Assembly: GCA_003858585.1 (NCBI GenBank)
Contig: RQZE01000002.1
Location: 60,001-92,000, forward strand
Origin: Erysipelotrichaceae bacterium OH741_COT-311
GTDB taxonomy: Bacteria; Bacillota_I; Bacilli_A; Erysipelotrichales; Erysipelotrichaceae
Direction: 5' to 3'
Length of the DNA: 32,000 nucleotides
Below the pieces are notes generated by a model. That model was given only the letters and a program-made list of their open reading frames with translations. It was not told where the DNA came from and did not search any database. Positions 16,559 through 24,471 of the stretch are shown piece by piece. How positions within the stretch are numbered: position 1 is the first letter of the stretch; each line of letters begins with the position of its first letter. The position numbers and the translations under genes are program-made.

Positions 16559-17899
16559 ATGAAAAAATTAGTCGTTCTACTTCTTACTGGTTTATTAGCT
16601 TTATCTGCATGTACTGCGAAGAAAAATGATACAACAGATACAACTGCTAATACTGGAAATGAAGAGACAAAAGTTTTAAAAGTTGCAGGTTTGGATGGTG
16701 GTTATGGTAAAGCCGGTTGGGAAGCTGTAGCTGCTGCATTTGAAGAAGAAACAGGTGTTAAGGTTGAATTAACATTAGAAAAAAATATCGCTGAAACTTT
16801 AAGACCGGTGTTAACTTCAGGTAAAAATGTTCCGGATGTAATTTATTTATCAGTAGGTGCTGAAGGTAAATTAACAGATACTATGATTGCTGAAAAACAA
16901 ATCGTTGATATTACAGATGTATTATCAATGACAATTCCAGGTGAAGAAGCAACAGTTGGTTCAAAAATTATTCCTGGTTTTACAGATGCTTTAACATCAT
17001 CTCCTTATCAAGATGGTAAATTATATTTAGCTCCAATTAACTATTCTCCATGTGGTTTATTCTATAACGCTGGATTATTTGAAGAAAAAGGTTGGACAGT
17101 TCCAAATACTTGGGATGAAATGTGGGCTTTAGGTGAAAAGGCAAAAGCAGAAGGTATTGCATTATTCACATATCCTACAACTGGTTACTTTGACGCATTC
17201 TTCTCAGCATTATTAAATGAAACTGCTGGTCCGGAAGTATATGCTCGTTTAATGAATTTCGATGCTGTTGCTTGGGAACTTCCAGAAGTAAAAGAAGCAT
17301 TTGATATTGTTGGTAAATTAGCTGCTTACACAGAAGAAAATACAGTTTCTAACGCAAACAAAGATGGTTTCACTAAGAACCAACAATTAATTTTAGATAA
17401 CAAAGCATTGTTTGTTCCAAATGGTACTTGGTTACCGGGTGAAATGGCTGATGCTCCAAGAGCAGAAGGATTCAAATGGGGCTTCACTGCACTTCCTGCA
17501 GTAAAAGAAGGTGGAGATAAATACTCTACAACATTTGTTGAGCAAGTGTATATTCCGGCTGCTGCTGAAAATCAAGATTTAGCAAAACAATTCATCGCAT
17601 TTATCTATTCAGATAAAGCTGTTAAATTATTCTATGATACAAAAGCTGTAATCCCTACAGTAAATGCTTCTGCATTAATTACTGATGGTGATGAAAACAA
17701 ATTATATTACTCTGTATATGATGGTGGAGCAAAAGCTAATGCGGTTGGATTTGCTGCACGTGAAGCAGTTGAAGGTGTAGATTTAACAAGTGCTGAAGGT
17801 ATCTTATATGGTACAGTAAACTCAGTTGTTGCAGGTACAAAAACTGTTGATGACTGGTACAAAGAAGTTATCGAAGCTGTTAAAAAATACGAAAAATAA
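16559..17899 (+). CDS. Sugar ABC transporter substrate-binding lipoprotein (family 1 SBP)
   Basis: Lipobox LLALSAC, AGGAGG RBS, and a 446-aa family-1 SBP-like sequence (AGLDGGYGKAGWE..., PNGTWLPGEM). It is the first gene of an operon ending in a GH112 phosphorylase, so the likely ligand is GNB/LNB, by inference. Confidence 0.85.
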   Translation: MKKLVVLLLTGLLALSACTAKKNDTTDTTANTGNEETKVLKVAGLDGGYGKAGWEAVAAAFEEETGVKVELTLEKNIAETLRPVLTSGKNVPDVIYLSVGAEGKLTDTMIAEKQIVDITDVLSMTIPGEEATVGSKIIPGFTDALTSSPYQDGKLYLAPINYSPCGLFYNAGLFEEKGWTVPNTWDEMWALGEKAKAEGIALFTYPTTGYFDAFFSALLNETAGPEVYARLMNFDAVAWELPEVKEAFDIVGKLAAYTEENTVSNANKDGFTKNQQLILDNKALFVPNGTWLPGEMADAPRAEGFKWGFTALPAVKEGGDKYSTTFVEQVYIPAAAENQDLAKQFIAFIYSDKAVKLFYDTKAVIPTVNASALITDGDENKLYYSVYDGGAKANAVGFAAREAVEGVDLTSAEGILYGTVNSVVAGTKTVDDWYKEVIEAVKKYEK

Positions 17900-17916
17900 A
17901 ATTAAAAAAATTTAGT

Positions 17917-17950
17917 ATTAATAGCGGTGGTTTCACCGCTATTAATTTTA
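17917..17950 (+). terminator. Intercistronic 13-bp perfect hairpin after the SBP gene (attenuator/stabiliser)
   Basis: attaatagcggtg (17917-17929) / caccgctattaat (17934-17946) with loop gttt. Only a short TTT follows, and the permease RBS comes 5 nt after that T-run. Confidence 0.55.
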
Positions 17951-17964
17951 AGAAGGGAGTTATT

Positions 17965-18858
17965 ATGCGTAAATCTAAGCAAAGAAGTCGTTTTATTGCC
18001 TTGTGTATAGCACCATCGCTCATTTTATTTTCAACGTTTATGTTACTTCCAACCTTGAACATTTTTTGGATGTCACTTTTAAAATGGGGTGGTTTATCGG
18101 CTAATAAAAAGTTTGTTGGATTAAATAACTTTAAAATTTTATTACAAGACATGAAGTTTATTCGAGCGTTGCAAAACACATTATTCTTAATTGTCATTGT
18201 GACAATCGTAACCTTAGCGTTAGCTATTTTATTTGCGGCGATTTTGGTTCGTGAAAAAATTAAAGGACAAAATTTATTCCGTGTTATTTTCTATATTCCA
18301 AATATCTTATCCGTAGTTGTTATATCGGCAATCTTTAGTGCCGTATATGATCCGGATGGGGGTTTGATCAATAGTATTCTTAGTTTGTTTCAGCCGGCAA
18401 CATGGAAAACAATTAAATTTTTAGGAGATCAAAGCATTGTTGTGTACTCCATTGCAGGAGCTATGATTTGGCAAGCGATTGGATATTACATGGTGATGTA
18501 TATGGCTAGTATGAGTTCTATTTCGATTCATTTGTATGAAGCGGCAGACTTGGAAGGTGCTAGTAAAATAAAGCAATTCTTCAGCATTACATTGCCTTTG
18601 ATATGGACTAATATTCGTACAACCTTAACGTTCTTTATTATTAGTACGATTAATTTAAGTTTCTTATTTGTTAAGGTTATGACTAGCGGTGGTCCGGATG
18701 GTGCAAGTGAAACAGTGTTGAGTTATTTATACAAACAAGCTTACGATAATGCAAGTTATGGTTATGGAATGGCGATAGGAGCTACCATTTTCATTATTTC
18801 ATTTTTCTTGAGTGCGGTAGTGAATAAAGTTACTCATCGCGATGTAATAGAGTATTAG
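17965..18858 (+). CDS. Carbohydrate ABC transporter permease (MalF/LacF-type)
   Basis: 297 aa, 6 TM, with EAA loop YEAADLEGASKIKQFFSITLPL. Confidence 0.9.
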   Translation: MRKSKQRSRFIALCIAPSLILFSTFMLLPTLNIFWMSLLKWGGLSANKKFVGLNNFKILLQDMKFIRALQNTLFLIVIVTIVTLALAILFAAILVREKIKGQNLFRVIFYIPNILSVVVISAIFSAVYDPDGGLINSILSLFQPATWKTIKFLGDQSIVVYSIAGAMIWQAIGYYMVMYMASMSSISIHLYEAADLEGASKIKQFFSITLPLIWTNIRTTLTFFIISTINLSFLFVKVMTSGGPDGASETVLSYLYKQAYDNASYGYGMAIGATIFIISFFLSAVVNKVTHRDVIEY

Positions 18859-18870
18859 AAGGAGCTTCCT

Positions 18871-19770
18871 ATGAGTAATCTTAAAAAAACAAGTAATTTA
18901 AAAAAGGCTTTTCATAATAATATATTTAAAATTTTCATTTATGTAGCTTTATGTGCTTTAGCTATTTCTATTATCATACCTGTAGCTTGGGTATTTATGG
19001 CAAGTATTAAACAAAACAGTGAGTTTTATGCCAATCCTTGGAATCTTCCGGCTGGCTTTTATATCCAAAACTTTATCAATGCATTTCAAAAAGCAAAGAT
19101 GGGTCAATATTTCTTAAATTCAGTATTTGTCACAGGCTTAGCGTTATTGATTTTATTAGTAGTTGCTTTACCTGCATCGTATGTGTTAGCTCGTTATGAA
19201 TTTCGTTTTAAGAAATTCATTAATATCTTGTATATGGGTGGTTTATTTATCAATGTAAACTACATTGTAGTGCCAATTTTCTTAATGTTAAGTGGTTGGG
19301 ATGATAAACTTGATAGTATCTTTGGGATTACGTTATTTTTAGATAATATCTTTGTTTTAGCAATTATTTATGCTGCAACGGCATTACCATTTACGATTTA
19401 TTTATTACAAGGGTATTTTAAAACGTTACCAAGAGCGTATGAAGAGGCTTCGTATATTGATGGTTGTTCGTATTTTCAAACCATGACAAAGATTATGGTT
19501 CCTTTGGCAAAACCATCCATCATTACCGTTATCTTATTTAATTTCTTAGCGTTTTGGAATGAATATATTATTTCCTTAACAATGATGCCTGGTAAAAATA
19601 AAACATTGCCGGTAGGGGTTGTAAATTTATATCAAGCTTCTCGTGGTAAGGCAGAGTATGGCATCCTGTATGCTGGCTTAGTAATTGTTATGTTACCAAC
19701 GTTAATTTTATATATTTTAGTTCAAAGAAAACTTACTGAGGGTATGACTCTTGGTGGTATTAAGGATTAG
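18871..19770 (+). CDS. Carbohydrate ABC transporter permease (MalG/LacG-type)
   Basis: 299 aa, with EAA loop YEEASYIDGCSYFQTMTKIMVPLAKP. AAGGAG RBS. Confidence 0.9.
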   Translation: MSNLKKTSNLKKAFHNNIFKIFIYVALCALAISIIIPVAWVFMASIKQNSEFYANPWNLPAGFYIQNFINAFQKAKMGQYFLNSVFVTGLALLILLVVALPASYVLARYEFRFKKFINILYMGGLFINVNYIVVPIFLMLSGWDDKLDSIFGITLFLDNIFVLAIIYAATALPFTIYLLQGYFKTLPRAYEEASYIDGCSYFQTMTKIMVPLAKPSIITVILFNFLAFWNEYIISLTMMPGKNKTLPVGVVNLYQASRGKAEYGILYAGLVIVMLPTLILYILVQRKLTEGMTLGGIKD

Positions 19771-19779
19771 GTGAATCGT

Positions 19780-19965
19780 ATGAATGGATTAGAGAAATAT
19801 GGATCAATCATTAAGAATGTATGCTTAGCGATTTTATTTATTGTATCGTTGTGGCTTGTTTTCTATGGACAAAAAAAGATTGGTTATTTCGGATTAGGTC
19901 TTCAAGTTTTGGGGATTATCGGTTTATTGATTAATTTATATATTTATAACAGAAAGTATAAGTAG
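19780..19965 (+). CDS. Two-TM micro-protein (61 aa) embedded in the sugar operon
   Basis: AGGTG RBS (19768-19772) lies 7 nt before ATG 19780, and an in-frame GTG 19771 abuts the permease stop. Two clear hydrophobic helices (VCLAILFIVSLWLVFY and LGLQVLGIIGLLINLYIY). It fills the gap between the permease and phosphorylase genes exactly. Confidence 0.45.
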   Translation: MNGLEKYGSIIKNVCLAILFIVSLWLVFYGQKKIGYFGLGLQVLGIIGLLINLYIYNRKYK

Positions 19966-19971
19966 GAGAGA

Positions 19972-22131
19972 ATGATGATTAAAGGTGGACGCTTAACTTT
20001 ACCGACAGATTTAGATATTGTAGAAGAAACGTTAGATTTAATGTCACAATTAGATGCGGATGCGATTCGAGATTGTGATGGAACACTTATGCCTAAGGAA
20101 TTAACTGAGGTAAAGCAAAAAATTTACGCAACATATTATACAACTAGAAAAGATAATGATTGGGCACTTGCCAATCCTGAGGAAATACAACAGGAGTATT
20201 TAATTACGGATCGACATACTGCAACAAGTGAAACATTAACCATTCATTTAATGAAGGGTTTTCATACACAACAATTAAAAGTGAATGATATTGATGATCC
20301 AAAAGAGTGGTGGGAAGTCATTGACCGCACAACCGGAGAAGTCGTTTCTGTTGATGATTGGGTTTATGATTCAAAAAAGGGAGATGTAACAGTAAAAACC
20401 ATTCCATTTCATGTATATACAGTAAGCTTTTTAGCATTTCTTATTTGGGATCCGGTACATATGTATAACTTTATTACAAATGACTGGAAAGATGCTCCAC
20501 ATCAAATGACATTTGATGTAAGACAACCTAAAACACAAGTTTATGTAAAGAATAAGTTAAGACAATTCTGTATCGATAATCCACATGTGGATGTGATACG
20601 TTTTACAACATTCTTCCATCAATTTACATTGACGTTTGATGATCAAAAACGTGAAAAGTTTGTAGAATGGTTTGGTTATAGTGCAAGTGTAAGTCCATAT
20701 ATTTTAAGAGAATTTGAAAAATGGGCTGGGTATAAATTTCGACCTGAATTTATTGTTGATCAAGGGTATCATAATTCGACATTTCGAGTTCCTTCAAAAG
20801 AGTTTAAGGATTTCATTGAGTTCCAACAAATTGAAGTTTGTAAATTAGCAAAGGAATTAGTGGATATTGTTCATAGTTTTAACAAAGAAGCGATGATGTT
20901 TTTAGGGGATCATTGGATTGGTACAGAACCATATGGAAAATACTTTGATTCGATTGGTTTAGATGCGGTAGTAGGATCTGTCGGTAATGGTGTAACGATG
21001 CGTATGATTTCAGATATTAAAGGGGTTAAATATACGGAAGGACGTTTCTTACCTTACTTCTTCCCGGATGTCTTTACAGAAGGTGGAGATCCAATTGGGG
21101 AAGCAAAAACAAATTGGCTACAGGCTCGTCGAGCAATGCTTAGAAGTCCGTTAGATCGTATTGGATATGGGGGATATTTAAAACTGGCTTTAAAGTGGCC
21201 GGGATTTATTGACACAATTACAAATGTTATTCGTGAATTTAGAGAGATTCACGATATGACAAATCAGACAAAATCTTATACAGCACCATTTAAAGTTGCG
21301 ATTTTAAATAGTTGGGGTTCGATTCGTCGTTGGATGTCAAACCAAGTTCACCATGCGATTTGGTATCGTGAAATCTATAGTTATGTTGGTGTGATTGAAT
21401 GTTTAAGTGGGATGCCGATTGATGTAGAGTTCATTAATTTTGAGGATATTAAAAAAGGAATTGATCCTGAAATTAAAGTCATTATCAATGCAGGGGCTTA
21501 TGGTACTTCTTGGAGCGGATATGATGCTTGGATTGATGAAGAGATTGTAACAACGATTCGCAAGTGGGTATATGAAGGAGGAGGCTTTATTGGGGTTGGA
21601 GATGCTACAGCATACCAACATCAAGGGCGTTTCTTCCAATTGTCTGATGTGATGGGGGTTGATAAAGAAGTTGGATTTACAATGAGTACGGATAAATATA
21701 ATACATGTAATCCAAACCACTTTATCTTAGATGACATTAATGAAGACCTTGATTTTGGGGAAGGAAATCCGGGTGTTTATGCAACAGGGGAACATTATCA
21801 AGTTTTAGCCATGGATCAAAAATATGCACAATTGGTTGTAAATGAGTTTGGAAAGGGTCGTAGTATCTATTTTGCCGGACTGCCGTATTCACCACAAAAC
21901 TGTCGTATCTTATTAAGAGCATTATATTTCTGTGCTCAAGAAGAGGCAAATATGAAGAAATACTATGTTTCAAATGACAATACAGAAATTGCGGCATTTG
22001 AAGAAGTGAAGCGTGTTGCGGTTATTAATAATACCCAAAAACCGCTTCAAACAGACCTATACATTAACAATGAATTAAAAGAAACATTGGATTTAGAAGC
22101 GATGGAAATGCGTTGGATTGATGTAGCATAG
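19972..22131 (+). CDS. lnpA: 1,3-beta-galactosyl-N-acetylhexosamine phosphorylase (GH112; galacto-N-biose/lacto-N-biose I phosphorylase)
   Basis: 719 aa. The blocks GRLTLP, DAIRDCDGT, WWEVIDRTTGEVV, YTVSFLAFLIWDPVHMYN, VIRFTTFFHQFTL, EAMMFLGDHWIGTEPY and KYTEGRFLPYFFPD match my recollection of characterised GH112 enzymes (Bifidobacterium LnpA, Clostridium GnpA). Confidence 0.9.
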   Translation: MMIKGGRLTLPTDLDIVEETLDLMSQLDADAIRDCDGTLMPKELTEVKQKIYATYYTTRKDNDWALANPEEIQQEYLITDRHTATSETLTIHLMKGFHTQQLKVNDIDDPKEWWEVIDRTTGEVVSVDDWVYDSKKGDVTVKTIPFHVYTVSFLAFLIWDPVHMYNFITNDWKDAPHQMTFDVRQPKTQVYVKNKLRQFCIDNPHVDVIRFTTFFHQFTLTFDDQKREKFVEWFGYSASVSPYILREFEKWAGYKFRPEFIVDQGYHNSTFRVPSKEFKDFIEFQQIEVCKLAKELVDIVHSFNKEAMMFLGDHWIGTEPYGKYFDSIGLDAVVGSVGNGVTMRMISDIKGVKYTEGRFLPYFFPDVFTEGGDPIGEAKTNWLQARRAMLRSPLDRIGYGGYLKLALKWPGFIDTITNVIREFREIHDMTNQTKSYTAPFKVAILNSWGSIRRWMSNQVHHAIWYREIYSYVGVIECLSGMPIDVEFINFEDIKKGIDPEIKVIINAGAYGTSWSGYDAWIDEEIVTTIRKWVYEGGGFIGVGDATAYQHQGRFFQLSDVMGVDKEVGFTMSTDKYNTCNPNHFILDDINEDLDFGEGNPGVYATGEHYQVLAMDQKYAQLVVNEFGKGRSIYFAGLPYSPQNCRILLRALYFCAQEEANMKKYYVSNDNTEIAAFEEVKRVAVINNTQKPLQTDLYINNELKETLDLEAMEMRWIDVA

Positions 22132-22153
22132 CCCTTTGGGGTTATGCTTTTTT
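22126..22153 (+). terminator. Intrinsic terminator after the GH112 gene
   Basis: gcatagccc (22126-22134) / gggttatgc (22139-22147, one G-U pair) plus TTTTTT. It overlaps the stop codon. Confidence 0.75.
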
Positions 22154-22192
22154 GTTATATCATGGTAAAATAAGAATATCTTTGGAGGTTTT

Positions 22193-23092
22193 ATGGAAGA
22201 TAAGAAACAGATCTATGCGTATTGTCATAAAATCTATGAATTGTATCAAATTGATTTTGCTATAGAGCGTAAAAAAGAAACTTTAGTACATTTTGGTGTT
22301 AAGCAAAAAGAGTTTTATAGTGCTTTTGTGCAAGAATATGAAATAATCGTTTATCAGAAGGATAAGCAAGGTAAACTTCTTTTAGATCTATTATGTATTT
22401 ATTTAGAAGATGTTTTCATGCATCGTAAAGTCCAGTTTAAACATATATTAGATGGTAGTGATGATTTAATATTTAATACAGAAAGTAAAGTTTTATATGT
22501 CATCAGTCAATTAGTAGATGTAGATCTCGCTTACGAGGCATTTTCCAATGTTTTAGAGAAACAAGACTATATCTTTAAATATCAGAAGCAACTCATCATC
22601 ATCAAAACAGAACAAGATTATAGTTTTACTCGTATTGTAGAAGATGTATGTTTAAGAGAATTAATGATGAAGGTAAGGGTTGGCTGTAGTAAACCATTTG
22701 TGGAGAAAGAAGAAGTTGTTGAGGCATATCATCAAGCGATGAAGGCATTGAGTGTACATGCTTTATTTCATATCAATCAAACAACGCATATCTATGATGA
22801 ACAGAATTTGTTATATGTTTTAGCACATGTACCTTTGCATAAAGCTCAAGGCTATTTGGATTTGTTTCCGGCATTTAAACAATTAAGCTATGAAGATTTT
22901 ATTACCATTCAAACTGTAATTGACTGTAATTTAAACGTTGCACAAGCTGCAAGAAAAATGTATGTACATCGTAATACCTTGTTGTATCGTATTGATAAGA
23001 TACAAAAGGAATTGAGTTTAGATTTGTTGAATTTTCATGATGCATTGAAGTTAAAGGTATTGATACTCTTAAACGAAATGACTAAAAACTAG
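22193..23092 (+). CDS. PucR/CdaR-like transcriptional regulator (C-terminal PucR-type HTH)
   Basis: The C-terminal NVAQAARKMYVHRNTLLYRIDKIQKELSLDL is the typical PucR C-terminal HTH. The N-terminal 230 aa has no recognisable motif. GGAGG RBS. Confidence 0.7.
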   Translation: MEDKKQIYAYCHKIYELYQIDFAIERKKETLVHFGVKQKEFYSAFVQEYEIIVYQKDKQGKLLLDLLCIYLEDVFMHRKVQFKHILDGSDDLIFNTESKVLYVISQLVDVDLAYEAFSNVLEKQDYIFKYQKQLIIIKTEQDYSFTRIVEDVCLRELMMKVRVGCSKPFVEKEEVVEAYHQAMKALSVHALFHINQTTHIYDEQNLLYVLAHVPLHKAQGYLDLFPAFKQLSYEDFITIQTVIDCNLNVAQAARKMYVHRNTLLYRIDKIQKELSLDLLNFHDALKLKVLILLNEMTKN

Positions 23093-23102
23093 TCATTTTT
23101 TT
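23078..23102 (+). terminator. Intrinsic terminator overlapping the regulator stop codon
   Basis: atgacta (23078-23084) / tagtcat (23090-23096) plus TTTTTT. Confidence 0.6.
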
Positions 23103-23174
23103 GTTTATTCTGTGCATGGTAATTGACGTATTTGATGTATTATAATTTAAAGGAAAAGAAAGAAGGGAAATAGT

Positions 23175-24284
23175 ATGGCAACGTTATCTTTAAAAAATAT
23201 TAATAAAAAGTATCCAAATGGATTTCATGCAGTAAAAGATTTTAACTTAGAAATTGCTGACAATGAATTCATTATTTTTGTAGGACCATCAGGCTGTGGA
23301 AAATCAACAACATTACGTATGGTTGCAGGTCTTGAAGACATCACAAGTGGTGACTTTGAAATCGATGGTGTAAGAATGAATGATGTAGAACCGAAAGATC
23401 GTGATATTGCGATGGTTTTCCAAAACTATGCGTTATATCCACATATGTCTGTATTTGATAATATGGCATTTGGTTTGAAGTTAAGAAAAGTACCAAAAGA
23501 ACAAATTAAAAAACAAGTGGAAGAAGCTGCTGCAATCCTTGATTTAGGACCACTTTTAAACCGTAAACCAAAACAATTATCAGGTGGACAACGTCAACGT
23601 GTTGCGATGGGGCGTGCCATTGTTCGTCATCCTAAGGTGTTCTTAATGGATGAACCGTTAAGTAACTTAGATGCGAAATTGCGTGTACAAATGCGTACAG
23701 AAATTTCAAAATTACATCAACGTTTAAAATCAACAATCATCTATGTTACGCATGACCAAACAGAAGCGATGACATTAGGTACAAGAATTGTTGTTATGTC
23801 AGATGGCGTTATGCAACAAGTGGATACACCGCAAAACTTATACGATCATCCAAAGAATCTATTCGTAGCTTCATTTATCGGTTCTCCACAAATGAATTTA
23901 ATGGTAGCTGGTATTGAAGAAGAAAACGGTGAAATCGTTGCGAAATTTGATGGCAATACGATTACACTTCCTGCTCGTCATGCAGAGGCTTGTAAACAAC
24001 AAGGTTATGTAGGAAAACGTGTGATGTTTGGTATTCGTCCGGAAGATTTACATGATCCTAAATTCTCACTAAAACAATTCCATGATAAAATTTCATGTAA
24101 AGTTACGGTATATGAAATGGTTGGTGCGGAAGTATATCTATACTTTGAAGTGTCAAATCAAACAATGACAGCTCGTGTTGATTCTAAGACGGAAGCACGT
24201 GTTGGAGATACGGTTGATTTATATGTAGATACAAATAAGATTCACTTATTTGATATGGAAACAGAACAAAAAATCGTTGACTAA
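23175..24284 (+). CDS. msmK: MsmK/MalK/UgpC-type multiple-sugar ABC ATPase (stand-alone)
   Basis: Walker [10 protein letters not shown], signature [14 protein letters not shown], Walker [13 protein letters not shown]-loop YVTHDQ, and a C-terminal TOBE/regulatory domain. It is monocistronic, with its own terminator. Confidence 0.9.
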   Translation: MATLSLKNINKKYPNGFHAVKDFNLEIADNEFIIFVGPSGCGKSTTLRMVAGLEDITSGDFEIDGVRMNDVEPKDRDIAMVFQNYALYPHMSVFDNMAFGLKLRKVPKEQIKKQVEEAAAILDLGPLLNRKPKQLSGGQRQRVAMGRAIVRHPKVFLMDEPLSNLDAKLRVQMRTEISKLHQRLKSTIIYVTHDQTEAMTLGTRIVVMSDGVMQQVDTPQNLYDHPKNLFVASFIGSPQMNLMVAGIEEENGEIVAKFDGNTITLPARHAEACKQQGYVGKRVMFGIRPEDLHDPKFSLKQFHDKISCKVTVYEMVGAEVYLYFEVSNQTMTARVDSKTEARVGDTVDLYVDTNKIHLFDMETEQKIVD

Positions 24285-24293
24285 TTCATAATA

Positions 24294-24339
24294 GAAATCC
24301 TTTGTGTTAAGTATTTAATACGAAGGATTTTTAATTTTT
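24294..24339 (+). terminator. Intrinsic terminator after msmK
   Basis: gaaatccttt (24294-24303) / cgaaggattt (24321-24330) hairpin followed by a T-rich tract. Confidence 0.6.
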
Positions 24340-24471
24340 AGTAAAAATCAATGTATAGCTCTTTGAATGTGACAAATACATAGAGTATTATTGTATTATC
24401 TGCTTATCTTAAGGTTAAAATATTTATCTCACTCTTCAAGTAAAATATAATAATACTAAGGAGGTCTTTTC

